Shown: positions 11,881 to 25,393 of the stretch, piece by piece
Layout of the letters: every line of letters begins with the position of its first letter
Numbering within the stretch: position 1 is the stretch's first letter
Source of the DNA: Parasitella parasitica NRRL 2501
Taxonomy: Eukaryota > Fungi > Mucoromycota
Assembly: GCA_025201805.1 (NCBI GenBank)
Contig: MU619263.1
Coordinates: forward strand, 6,461 to 70,460
Direction of reading: 5' to 3'
DNA length: 64,000 nucleotides
Position numbers and translations under genes: made by a program
Notes under the pieces: model-generated
Told to the model about the DNA's origin: nothing
The model's database searches: none
Seen by the model: the letters and a program-made list of their open reading frames with translations, nothing else

Positions 11881-13560
11881 ATGTCTGAAACTATGGCTCC
11901 AACAAGCGAAAACGTCGAAAATCGACTGGTTTTGATAGATCAGCTCAAAAATTTTCTGGTGTCAGCGCCTGACCATCAATCAGAACCTATCAAAAGACAT
12001 GATTTGCCCTCTGGCGAATGTATTTCTTGCGTAAAATGGCAAGATAAATTCTATATCTCGGGAACCGACATAGTAAGATGTCTAACCTTTCGCTTCCAAG
12101 CCTTCGGAAGACCAGTTGAAAACCAAAAGAAGTTTGAAGAAGGCGTCTTTAGTGATCTGAGGAATCTGAAGCCTGGGACTGATGCTATTCTGGAGGAACC
12201 CAAATCTGCCTTTCTGGATCTGCTGTTCAAGAACAACTGCATTCGCACACAAAAAAAACAAAAAGTATTCCACTGGTATTCTGTTCCTCACGATAGGTTA
12301 TTTTTAGATGCTTTGGAGAGAGATCTGAAACGTGAAAAAATGGGTGTGGAACCAACTTCAAGGGCTGTGGCACATCCCGCTGTTTCCATTAATTTGGATA
12401 CGACTCAAGCCATGTTTGATGAATTTCGCAAAACTGTCTTGTGTGAGCTCAACCTGGACGCCATGTACCATCATCAACACCAGAACCAACAGCAACAGGC
12501 ATCAAGTACTGATAACAGTGTTACATCAGATACTGACTCTCAATACGCCCCCTCTTCCTTGGCTATATCATCACGTGAAGGTGATCTTCAAAAGGCTTCT
12601 TCTACTATATTCGGCCAATTCTCTTTGTTCGAAGGTTCACCTACATACAAACAACGTAGACGTCGTGTAACTCAAAATGAACAAACAACCCTGGAGGACA
12701 CCATCAAAGTAAGAAGACGATCTAATGCTTCATCATCAGCTTCATCATCATCGCCCACTTCGCCTACGTCTTATACTTCTGCAACAAGGAAGCAACTTAG
12801 CAAACAGCTCGTCGTCAAGGAAGAATATGCAAACAATAATGGTGCTGTTGCCTCTAGCACGCGTCACTTTGAATGTCCATTATCATCTTGTGGTAAAATT
12901 TTTAAACGTTTGGAACATATGAAGCGTCATCTGCGAACACATACCATGGAGCGTCCTTACATGTGTGATCTTTGCGGTAAACGCTTTTCTCGATCTGACA
13001 ACTTGGCTCAGCACAAAAAGACTCACAAGCGTAACAAGTCGTTCCAGAATCACCAGCAGCAGCAACTACAACAGCACCGTCGCCATCATAAAAATGATGA
13101 AGCGATGGAAGACGAGGATGATGACGATGAAGAGGATGACGGCGATGACGATAATGATGATGATTACATTGAAAAGCAAACTCTTGTCAAGCCTGAATAT
13201 GTCAGTGGTAGTCATGGTAACATCGGTGGTGGCCGAATCAATGGTTCATTAGCAAGACGTCGCATAAATCATAAAGTTAAAAGTGATACAAAACCTTATT
13301 CACTTTCCATTGCTGTTAACCCATCATTGAGAATAACCACAGCATCCAGGGGTCGTGTAACAGCTCGCTCTCGTAGCTATGATAACCGTAGCAGGGCAAC
13401 AAGATCAAATCATCGTCAATCATCTTACAGGCATGACTCCACATTAGATACTCAAGTCATGTATGAATCTGAAGACTGGTCAAATCAGTTTGAAGATGTT
13501 GAGTGTGTGAAAACTATCTTATCGCCAACGTTAGGTCAACAACAAACACAACAGCAACAG

Positions 13561-13592
<32 letters not shown>

Positions 13593-14292
13593 GCAGCAGC
13601 AACAGCAACAGCAGCAGCAGCAGCAGCAGCAACAACAACAACAACAACAACAACAACAAACACAGCAACTTGTGGTACGGCCTACCTTATCGAACTCAAC
13701 TTCTTCAGCCAACTCTTCTTGCAATTCCTCTCCGATCGTATTTGGAAACAACGTGTATCCGCCTCTCATCAAGCTCGAAGATATTGATTTATTCTACGAT
13801 TTATCCTATCAGCAACGATCATTGCAACAACAACATCAAAATGATGCTAACATGATGTTGGTTGAAGAAGAGTTTCTGCCTTCCATCATGACAGGATCAG
13901 TAGAAGAAGATCAACAAGAAAACGTTATGGCGGCGGAAGATGGCCATTATGTTCAAGATTGGCAACAGAGAATCGACTGGCAGCAATACTCTCTGCCCAC
14001 ATCACCTACTCTCTACAACTACACTGCAGAAGATTTGATTTACGAACAAACTCCAGCAAGCAATGATATGTACTTGCACCCTTCTCACCTCCAAGCAGCT
14101 TATTCATATGCTCAATCAAATCCTTCATCTTGCCTGACCTCACCAGTACCAACATTCCTCATGACGCCTACCACGCATAGTGCCACAACCACTGCAGTTA
14201 ATAGTCCTATTTTGGATGAAGATTACTATCATCCCTATTACTCTGACGAAAGTCCAACCATGACCCCGACTGATTGCTTACTCCAATATTAG
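11881..14292 (+). CDS. STE12: Ste12-like transcription factor with STE domain and two C2H2 zinc fingers
   Basis: STE domain (ISGTDIVR...KKFEEGVFSDLRNLKPG...IRTQKKQKVFHWYSVPHDRLFLDALERDLKRE), motif FSLFEGSPTYKQRRRR, and two C2H2 fingers (CPLSSCGKIFKRLEHMKRH; CDLCGKRFSRSDNLAQH). Confidence 0.96.
13537..13668 (+). repeat. CAG/CAA trinucleotide repeat encoding polyglutamine
   Basis: About 37 uninterrupted Gln codons (13549-13659) inside STE12. Confidence 0.97.
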
Positions 14293-14561
14293 TCCTATCC
14301 CCTCTTCTATCAGATGTAAAATGTAAAATGTAAAATGTAAATGTAAATTTTGTAAATTTTTTTTTAGATATATAACAAAAAAGAAAAAGAAAGCCCAAAA
14401 AAAAAGCATTGCATTGCATTCATTCATTCATTCATTCATTCATACTATTATTATCACTATATCATTCATAAATCATTATCACCCATTAGTCCTTTTAGTT
14501 ATTCTTCATATCAATAAAATAACAAGAGAACAATGAAACTTTTTTTTATTATTATTATTAT

Positions 14562-16243
14562 CTATTGTTGTTGCCTGGCGTATAATTCTCTAATTCTTGG
14601 TGTAACTCTGTACCCAAATGTTTCCATTTCTTCAAGTAACATATGAAAGCGTGGATCTTGTTCACGAGCAAGCTTCTGTGCCAACACAAAATAGCAATTG
14701 TCGGGCGGAACAATGTCATAACTCTTCATTTCTTCGAGATAAACAAACGCATCTTCGTAATTCTTTTGTGTACAGCAGAGCTCAATCATTTTTGCATAAG
14801 TTTCAAGATTGGGTGTAATTTCGGCCTTCTTCATTTCTTCAATCACTACTTTGCCCATGCCCTTCATACGTGTGTGAATACAGGCTTCAAGGACCAGATT
14901 GTATGTGTCTATATTGGGTACAACGTTTAGGGCACTGGCTTCACGATAGGTAGCCACTGTACGTTCTACGTCCTTTGCATCTGCACATGCTGCCACGACT
15001 ACATTAAAGGCAGAGATGTCGACGGGCTTGTTTTCTTTTCTAAGCTCCTCTAAAATATAGTATGCTTTATCGATCGCCTCGATATTATTGTCTAGGTTTT
15101 TACGAATAGGCAAAGTGGCACGCAATGTAGGAGGAATACCAGATACCCGCATGATGTCGAGAACGTTGAAGGCACTCTTGAGATCTCCCTGGACAATAAA
15201 GGCCTCCATCAGGGGTGTAAAGTAGTGTTCTTTGTAAGGATATCCACTTGTACTCAATTGACGAATAGCATCTGTAGCCAATTTGGTGTTTCCGGTTTTG
15301 GCAGCAACTCGAAGCACGTTAAGCATAGTACCTTCATCAGGACGCATGTCATAGGTGCCGATAGCCTTATCCCAACAATATTGGACAGCTTCTTCATTAT
15401 CGCAATTTGCTCCTGCACGCATAGCATCCAGATAAAGACGAGGTTGAGATTGGACTGGCAAACTAGCATTCTCTGCTTCCTTTAATACACTTAACGCAGT
15501 AGGTGCATCACCAAGACGAAGTGCAGCCTGGATAATGGTACTATAACATAACAAATTGGTTTGGACATTCATCCTTTTCATCTCCTCCAGCGTATCTAAA
15601 GCAAATTCCAGTTCGTCTTGTCTACACATGCCCCTCAGCAGATGCAAGTATGACATTGTTGTCAAGGGCCTACCATTCTCTACCATCTCCTCCTTCAGCA
15701 AAGTTTGCTGTTTGACTTGATTAGCACTAGACAGAGAGTCTAATACAATGTTGTAGTTATCGACAGAGGGTATCAATCCGTTTTCCTTCATTTCATCCAG
15801 AGTACGCATCAGTCCCTGTCGATCTTTGTTGTGAGAATAAGCAGTTAACAGCGCATAATAGGTGGTTTGATCTAAGGGTAGCTTGTTTTGCTTGATCTCG
15901 TCAACAACCTTCAGGACGTTTTCCAAGAATGTCTTTGGTGATCGCTTGTGATGGATGTGGTAGTCGAGACGACCGTGGAAGGCAGCAAGTCGAATAGTAG
16001 GATGACTTTGCTTGATGAGGTTTCTTTTGGTAACGTTGCCGTTGGCCATGACTTGTTCAAGAACTGCTTCTCCGTTAATCTCGGTGGATTGAGAACGCAC
16101 TGTCAAAAATTTTATGTTGGCCGATTGACTCGTTTGGCTTATCCATTGTACTTACATGAATTGATATTTCTGAAAGCCCATTGGTTACCTCGTTGCTTTA
16201 TAGCTTGTGTAGTGTTAACTCTAGAAAGAATAAGTCTATTCAT
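14562..16243 (-). CDS. Pentatricopeptide repeat (PPR) protein, probably mitochondrial
   Basis: Tandem ~35-aa helical repeats (TYYALLTAYS...EMKENGLIPSVDNYNIVL; PNIDTYNLVLEAC; PNLETYAKMI). The first exon MNRLILSRVNTT... is Arg-rich and lacks acidic residues, like a presequence. Confidence 0.9.
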
Positions 16244-16579
16244 TTTATAACAATGGCTCAAGAAAAAAAAAAAAAAAACGCAAGGGCAAAGTTGAAATTC
16301 TTTTTGTCTAGGGGGCCAAAACGAAACAGGGCTTTCAAAAGCAAAGATGGTCGTTTGTGACAGGGTTGCGCAACTGAAGATTGCTCTGCTCAGTGCAACT
16401 GATTAGTGTTCAGTCTGTTATTAACATCTTAAGATAGCAACTTTGAAGATGATGAAAATACATTTGCAGTTTTATTGAGGATATGTAAAAAGTATTCAAA
16501 AGGTCTCTTTTATTATATACGAGAGAGAGAGAGAGAGTACTGTTTGATTTTTAAAAGATACCGAGACATTTTTTTTTTT

Positions 16580-19500
16580 CTAATGGAAAGGTGATTGAGA
16601 TCTAGTATACTGACCAGGTGTTGGATAGCCAGACATTGGCGGAGGTGTAGAGTAGCCAGGCGTAGGTACAGGATATGAAGGTAAATTATTGTTAAAAGCT
16701 GGTGAAGCTGTTCTTATGGACGGTGTCTGCATCATAAAAGATTGGTTGCTAGCTGTCATGGGATTAAATTGCTGTCCACCACCGCCCCCAGGTTTGCTGA
16801 TGTAGCTTTGATGGCTGTAAAATGTGCCTTGGCTGTAGCCGGACCGCTGAGATCCGTGAGAGCCCACCGATGCATTATCATTGAAATAACCACCGCCATT
16901 CATTTCGTTATCGTACATGCTCTTCTCATATTCGTCCCATGTCACGACAGGTATCGTTTTGCGGTCAAATTTACCCTCATCGGCCATAACAAGCTTTCGA
17001 CCTTTATCGCCCATGACCACACGAGTGTTGCCCCAGGAAAAGTCATCAAAATGCCAGTAAGAATAAATTGGAATCATGAACGAGAAGACAGGAATGGCAA
17101 AGATAGACACAATCATCCAAATAATATGCTCCCATTTTCGATGAAGCAGGAAAATAATCGCTTGAAGACCATAGACACCAGCAATTGTGATGATTGACAT
17201 GAGGGGTACACCAGAGGTGGAAGTAGCCAGCATATAGATAAGGTAAACAAGATAACCTACGATAGCAGGTTGCACCAAGGTACTGAGCAAATCAAGCATA
17301 ACCACAAATCTCATTGAGAAACAGCAGAAGCCGCAGAGCTGAGGCAAGAATACAAGCTCGCCCAAGTTGTGAATAGTGGAGTTGATCCACCGGCGACGCT
17401 GAGAGAGCAAGACACTCCACCGATCGGGAGCAACAGTGGCACATTTAGCATCAGATACAAATTTGGTCTTGTAGTTGGGGAAATGCTTCAGAATCAAGGT
17501 CGTCAGGTAACGATCCTCACCCAAGTGAAGCAGATTTTTCTTGTGCAGTGTGTCAACCTTATTGATAGCATAGTCTTCAATAATTTGGTTCGATATAAGA
17601 AGAGGCTGATTCTTTTGAGGTGCTCGAATGCGATACATGCAGAAACAGCCGGGCAAACAAGTGACAGTGCCAAACAGAGATTCGAATGCCTTGATCATGT
17701 AGTGAGAAATAAAGTACTCGTACACTTGAATCATAGTAACCCAACTATCTTTCTCGTTCGACAGGACAGTTTCGCCACAAAGACCAATAATTTTGGAGTC
17801 ATGGGCAAAGACAGACACCATTCTGTTCAGCCCATCAGCCATCACTTCTGTATCTGCATCCACCATCAATACAAACTCATAGAAGCTGGGATTGACACCA
17901 ATAACATTCTTAATTTGATGGTACAGTTCCAATTCTAAGGGTGTCATTGGAGAGCTAAAATGGACCTTATTCAAGAAGCTCATCAAAATCAACTGGCTAT
18001 CACGCTTTCCACGATTGCCAGGCTTTTGTCTTTCACTTGGTTTGCCCACTTTCGAGACGACAATGTAGGGGACAACATGACCGCGAGACTCATAAAGACC
18101 AGAGTAGACTTTGCCCATGTTGTGTTGCTTTTGACCTTCGCCAACAGAAAAGAAGGAGAGCGGTTCAGGATCAATGTTGGGGTCAACACCTAGGATATCG
18201 AGCACAATACGAGACGTAGGGCGATCATTACCACCACCAATGACCATGCCATCGCAAATAATGAACAGCAGCTTGCGTTTATCGTCATATTGGAGAGCAC
18301 TGATGGAATCAATTGTCTTTTTAAGTTCTTCTTCACCTTCAGTATAGCACGGCACTTGACAAATAATAAACTTTTCGTGCCTCTCAGGCTCGCGACGCGT
18401 ACGGAATTGCAAAGCAGCCAAAAACTTGAATACAATCACTAAACACAAAAACACGGTTACAATCAGCAGCAAGTATTCCGCAAACAGACATCTAGCAGAA
18501 TTGCGCTGATCGACACCACCCGCATAATAGAGATTTCTCAAGCATACCTCCTGACGGTATTTGAGATCTGCATCCAGAGGAAGCGCATTCCAGCTCTCCG
18601 TGATGTCTTGGCCCGCTTTCTGACTAAATAATGTAACAACCGCATTGTCTAAAAAGTTCAGTTCAGAGTTGTCAGGAGCACTAACGCCAGTAGGTAAATT
18701 GAATCGACGGCCACCCAGAATGTAGTAAGTCAAATCATAGACGTTGCCGTTCAATATAGCCCATTGACGAGTAGTCTTGATACCAGACATGTCGACCTGA
18801 TTGGAAGCTTGAGTAGCTATATCCTTGGGCGTGTAGCCCATTGCACCCAGCTTATAGTTCTTGCGAAGATAGGTCATTTGCTGGAAATACCAATCAGGGC
18901 GTGGATCGGCAGTATTCGGTAGGAAGTTATGATACTGGGCATTGCTATCTGTGAGATTAGGATTGAAATCGAGAGAAACATACGGCGACACCGTTCCTGT
19001 AGTTCCTTGACACAAGGCAGATACCTGTACTGGAAACAACGAAGATGCGTCTTTACCGCCGTATTCCAACACAGAATCCTGAGGAATGACCTGGCTGGCC
19101 CAGTGATGAGGAGCAAATTTTGTCAAATCAAATACCTCACCGCGGATTGCGACATACGCGTTATCCTTATCAGAATGACTCTGCAATTCAGATGTCGAGA
19201 AGACGTCTTGATGTGGACAAACCAAAGTACCAAAAAACACCAAAAACCAGATGATGAAGCCAGATGTGAGAAAGATACAAAGACACAAAGTCATCTTTTC
19301 ACGCCATGCAATTTGGATATCAGGACGCTTCAGTTTTCCACACAATGACAAAAAGATGGTTGGAATCCACCAGGTCATGAACCATACAAAATTGAGCCAG
19401 TGGCGACGGGCGCGAGACATCTTTTCGTCCTCTTCGGGCGCCTCTTCTTCTACCACTGCAGTGGTCAAAATCTGCTTCATCTCGGGATTGGCATGTCGAC

Positions 19501-22500
19501 CATAGATATCAGATCCGCCATACTGAGATTCTGTTTCATGGTAGCTGCTAGGCTGTTGGTAGTCATGGTATTCGTCGTCGGAAAGGAATGAGCGTTGATC
19601 ATCAGTATAAATGGATCCTGCGCCACCAGTGCCTCTGGGTACAGGCAAGCCAGCAGCAAGAGCGGCAGCGGCAGCAGCATTGTCTAGTCGACCAGATAGA
19701 TTATAATCAGACTGAGACGCACCACCAGTAGGTAGCAAAAATTCAGTATTTGAGCCAAACGAGGCCTGGGACATGGTCTCTGAGCTTTGGTCTCTTTCTA
19801 TGTTTATTATTGGAGCCCCCAGCGTCGCCATATTTTCCGTCACTCTCTTTTCATCCTTTACTTTTCGTTGATCTGCCTTTTCTATTGTACGTAATCCGTT
19901 TTCCAGTCCTTGCCAGACCGATTCATCTAAGAATATCTACAATGGACATTCAGCATGACGTTGTTATACAGTGCAGTATTTGTTTGCACATACCTTTGTT
20001 TCACCAAGCATGGCTTGTTCGTTTGACCATCTAAAAAGGGCAATAGCTGCCTGACATCGCTGCTTTGCATCATCCGATTCTTCCAAGCCATTAGCATTCA
20101 GGGCTGATGCATATCTCTCCAGAAATTCATCGTGGAATAGGAAATTGGTATACTGCGTCTTGAGACGCTGGCAAATTTGTGGAATGCCCCAGGCTCTCAC
20201 CTGTGAGCGAACTCGATTGCTGTCAAACTGATTTGGCGCTGCATTATCATTTGGCTTTATGCAGAATATAAACCACGGTACTGTTTCATCGAGTGTGGCA
20301 AACAATTCGTCCATTGATGTTTGCAGTTGCGAAAGCACCATAGAGACGTTATTCTTCTTTGCTGGCTTTGATGCAGGCTCTTCTGCTATGGGATCCCCCA
20401 AGGCGTTGCGGCTTCGTTTTGTGGATTTTGAACGACGCATAGAGGGGCCACGGAGTGGGCCGCTGGGTTGTTGCGCATTCAAAATGGCAGTGGTTTGTTT
20501 AGGGTGGTTTTCAGTATGGATCGAGTTATTAGCGAATAGTTCCAGGGCAAAGCTGTTGTATGAGGCTGGAGACGTTTCACTTCCACGGATCAGCTGTACT
20601 AAATCAGCGTTGAATATATCCTTGTTGGATTCGAGGAAATCGGAAGGGTTGTAGGCAACTTGTCCTGCAAAATGCTGGATGGTGAATAATCGCGACCCCG
20701 TATCCGCTTGCTTTGTTCCAAACGACGCATGATTGCTGTTGTATTTAACAAACGAGTCCACCAGAGACGCGCTAGTAGACGAAGTTGATTTGGAGTAGTT
20801 GTTTACAATATCTACCAGGCAGTGTTTTGAGCGAGTCAATAATTCAACGCAGGGCAAGTTGTTGAAATAAGGCACTTCTTGTACTGGTAACCCCTCCGTA
20901 CAATATTCCTCTACATCTAATTCAAAAATAGAGCGCTGACAAAAATGCTGAAGACGCTCATTGGCAATGTTGATACAAAACGAGTTAAAGCTGGCGGATG
21001 TCTGCTGTAATCTAGGTCCAGGTAGATCCAAAATGCCAATGAAATTGTGCACAGAATCGCAGCACAGTTTTGTATTCATATACTCCACTAGCCATGTAAA
21101 CAGCAGAGAGTACAACGATGTGACAATGTCGTCTCTTTGTTTAGCAGCACCAGCAGAATCCAAAATCAATGTCGTAATGTCCTTTTTAATCAACTGCGTC
21201 TTGTACGTGAAGATGTTCTCCAAAGCTCGAGGATCAACACCAAGAAAGTCAGCACACAGGTCCAAAGTAGCAGCATTCTTGACAAACGCAGCTTCTTGCA
21301 CAAATGAGTCATGGACGAATTCGAGCTGGCCCATATGAAGAAGACAAGCTACAAATTGCCAAATTCTGGTTTGGTATATCTTGTTGATACCGAGCACTTT
21401 CATAGCTTGTTTCACGTTTTGGAATTGATTAGCTTCGCCACCAGCAGCAGCCATATTCCGGGGTGTATATCTGTATGGTGAATCATCGTCTAATTGTAGT
21501 AAATAAATTTGCTTTTCTTCGGTTGATATGCCACCTAGTAGCTGATAGAATATATGAAAGTTTCGTTCATGAACAGGACATTCAGTTACTCGAGACTTGT
21601 CTAATAGGTAGTTGAGGAGCTTGGCGCCGACCATGCGGCCCCGCTCGTTAAATTGCAATTCCAAATACTTGCCAAAACGAGAGGCGTTGTTGTTTAAGCC
21701 TGTACGAGCGTTACCGAATGCTTCTAAAACAATATTAACGCTGGTGATTTGTGCCTGAAGTTTTGTTTCTTTCTTTTGAGATGATAACTGTATAAGATGA
21801 CTTAATACCGATTTGAATGATTCGGTTTTTCCGCTTCCTGATTCACCACTAAAGTATGTAGGAAATAAGGTCAGTTTCCCGTTCTAATAACCATGATTTG
21901 TCCCCCGATCCTCATTGCTTCCCCTTGAACTTGAGAAAAAAAAAAATCGAGTTATGGCTCCATTATTGATTGTCTCATGATTGTCCAGAGTATTGAAACA
22001 GATGATCATATGAAACATCAAAGTAAAGAGACATGATATATATATCAATGTCATTTATATGACATTGATAACATTTCGATATTTGGTACAATAATATAAA
22101 TTAATATACATAAAAGCCAAATAGAAATGTAATAAAAGCCCCTTCACATTTTCAACTCATTTTACCCCTCCCACCCAGATACAGTAAAAATCAAGAGATA
22201 AAAAGCAACAGCTTATTCTCGCACACACACACACACACGCACACCCACCCATCAACCAAGCACATTCTACGTTTCCCTTTCCATTCCAATATATAATTAC
22301 CTTAGTATTAATGACTGATCGATGCCAGTGCGTCTCATGTGTAAGTAAGCTTGATTTGTCAATTTGTTGATATGTGCTGGCAAAGGTTCTAGAGCATCTG
22401 AGCCCGTATCTCTGTATTCTGCTACGTACTGTAAATTTTGTTGCGGCATTGGCTTGTATGGATTAACGACCACTATAGCGGAATCACTGATGCGAGAATA

Positions 22501-22602
22501 AATCACATTGGAGGTGAAGCCAGCCTTCAAACACTGAGTTAAACTATCTTCTGTCATTTTATCTTGGTCGGATAGATCGAATCTACTGAGCCTTGTTGCC
22601 AT
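16580..22602 (-). CDS. Class V chitin synthase with N-terminal myosin motor-like domain (myosin XVII) and cytochrome b5-like domains
   Basis: Myosin motifs VVVNPYK, GESGSGKT, NNNASRFGKY, ERNFHIFYQL, FTIQHFAGQV, FCIKPND. CHS motifs AWREK, NRGKRDS, VDADT, QVYEY, TCLPGCFCMYR, LGEDRYL, QRRRWINST and FSWGNTR are all intact. Confidence 0.96.
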
Positions 22603-22938
22603 CGTAACGAAATTGATTTTATATTTTATATTTCGGTTGCCAGATCAAAAAAAAAAAAAAAAAAAATTAAAAAAAAAAAAAAAAAAAAAAAATTAAAATT
22701 AAAAAGATAGAGAGAGAAAGAAAGAAAGAGAGAAGGAGAGAAAGGGAGAGAGAATTCAAAACTGTGGACAACAAAATATTTTTTTTTACAAAAGAAACAG
22801 CTTCCCCGTTCCCGTTTAAATGACTATTTTTATCCATACCTTGTGTGATCTTGTACAATTAATTGAATATGGTGTGGTGGCAGGAAAAAGAAATGATTTA
22901 TTTATAGGGGTAATGAAGCAAACAAATGATTGGAGTGC

Positions 22939-23969
22939 TTAGAATCTAACTTTTCTCTTCCGTCCCGTGAATTTCGAATCATTGGCAACCACTTTATCGC
23001 CTTTATTGCGAGCAACTTCCTTTTTCTTGTTGATCCATGCTTTACCTTTCACTGCATCACGGCCTCCTTTTCTCTTTTTCGATGCTTGTCTACGTTTTTC
23101 ATACTGGATCGATCTGGCTTCATCGGGATGTACTTCTCCATCTTCACCTAGTGCTTTAGGCATTTGATTTTTGACACCCGATTGTACACCTGCAAACAGA
23201 CACAAATAATACTTTTTGGCCTTTTTGGAATTGGGATAATCGACCAAGAGGCCACCTTCAAAACCACATTTGGTAGCCACGTCGGTAATTAACTGGATTT
23301 GATCGTCATTCTCGGGATAAAATTGGAATACAGCTCTTGCTCCTTTATCTAACGATGCATATAATGTTGTGAAAAATCGCTGAAGTCTAGCTTTTGGCCG
23401 ATTAATAGTTTTGTCTGCATTACAGAGCCATTGGAGGACAGAGACACTATCGAAAAATGTCAGACGCCACTTTTTAGAAAAAGAAAAAATATGTACATAA
23501 GTAAACGCATTACCTAATGCAGCCATCAAATGTACCTGGCCTGAACGCGACACCCTGTCCCGCATCTTGTAAAAATAAATCACCCTCTACCTCTCTCTCA
23601 TTAGCTATATCCAACATGGATGGTGAAATATCCATGCCCACCCAGATATGGCCTTCTTCTTCTAAAATCTCTCCACTGAGGCCAGAACCACATCCAATGT
23701 CCAGTAAAAATTTAGGCCCCTCTGATAGATTCAACAATTCAAGCGCACGATATGCCATTTCTGCTTGGATTGCAGTAATACGGGAGCTATGGTGAATTTG
23801 TTTAATTCTCGGCTCAGAAGTGTCGATTGATTCCCTTACTTGTCAGTGTATTTTCTAGCTTCGTCATCTCCATAAAACTGCAGTCAAATGCATGTTAATT
23901 AACAATTTATCTCGTTTTGACTTTAAAACTTACAATCTCTGGCGGTGCAATGTGTTCTGGACGAGACAT
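22939..23969 (-). CDS. BUD23: 18S rRNA (guanine-N7)-methyltransferase Bud23/WBSCR22
   Basis: [11 protein letters not shown] start, [34 protein letters not shown], and C-terminal [13 protein letters not shown]. Confidence 0.96.
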
Positions 23970-24233
23970 TTCCAGTGTGTTTTTGTCAAAAAGAAAGACC
24001 CTTCCCTTGATGAAAAAAAAAAGAGACAAGAAATGGTTCTTGTGACTCTGGTCCTGCAATCAAACATCAAAAAGCTTGAAGCAAAAGAGTGGCTTTGATT
24101 TGAAATCAGCAACCCCTCAATGTTATTACCTTGCTTGTCGACTAGGGTCCGATACACTTTCAATTTAAACCTGCCTAGCTATTTTGTTTCTTTCCGCTCC
24201 CCCTTTTTTTTTTCACTTGTACATCCAACTGAT

Positions 24234-24712
24234 ATGCTTCATTTACTTGGTGTCAATTTACCTGAAAGAAAATTAGTGAGGTATGCATGTACGCATTTGT
24301 CCAACATGATTCAATGCTAAAACTATCCTACAGCACCGCACTCCAATATTTCTATGGTATTGGTGAGCCCACAGCCACTAAATTATGTCAAAAACTATCT
24401 ATTCCTCCTACATTGAAAGTGCTCGAATTAACCGAAGTTCAAGTTAATGAATTAACAAACACATTGGCCAACATGACTATCGAAACTGACTTGAAGAGAC
24501 AAGTCAGGGAACATGTAATGCACCATCGTAATATCAACAATTTCATCGGCAGAAGACACGCCATGAGTCTGCCTGTACGTGGACAAAGAACTAGAAATAA
24601 TGCTAAAAACGCAAAGAAGCTGAATGGTAGATGGGTTCAACGTAGAGGAATGTCAATGTGGACACAATTACAACAAGGCCCTTTGAACAACTTTTTAGAA
24701 AAGTACATGTAA
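24234..24712 (+). CDS. SWS2: Mitochondrial ribosomal protein uS13m
   Basis: MLHLLGVNLPERKLV, then an intron, then ALQYFYGIG and GRRHAMSLPVRGQRTRNNA (S13 signature). Confidence 0.93.
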
Positions 24713-25393
24713 ATTATATAAATATTATAAAAATAAAAAAAGAGAGGATCCAGCAATCAGTACTAAATAGACAGACAACGCTGTTTATCAAGTAGAAACC
24801 CTTATGCTCATAAAAGACAACAATACTACAGTCATTTTTAAGGACACATACCGTATGGAAGTATCGTTACGAATCAAATTTTACTTGTTATGCTAGATTA
24901 CGTTTGAATAGACCAGGAGGATTGATTTTTCGCCAATTGCTAGTTGATGCGATGTCATTATGGTCCACGTGTAATTTGATTTTATATGCTACTACACTAT
25001 CAGTTCTCTGAACTGCTTGTACAAGATACCATGGATATAATATATGTGTCTTCATGAATAAAAACTAAATGTCAAACACATGAAACTTGGACTTTTTCTT
25101 CTTCTGCAATACTAATGGTATTTACATGCCTGATATAATTTTGAGGTCTTTTCATACGAAGCTGAATCTTGTTCTATCAACAGCAAAGATATCCGTATAC
25201 CGTATAAATGGGCATGCACAAGTTGTATTGAAGACGTCTGCGTTTTCTGGTATCAGCATCATATTACAACAACTAGGGGGAGGGTTTTTTTTTTTTTTTT
25301 TTTTTACACATGATGCTAATAGTTCTAAATTTTATTTCAAAAGGACAATATTTTATATACAATGGTTTTCTTCCATATGGTTTTGTTGTACAG

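Noticed and set aside
13536-13772. Poly-Cys ORF on the minus strand and poly-Ala/Thr ORF on the plus strand
   Set aside because: Alternative readings of the STE12 CAG/CAA repeat.
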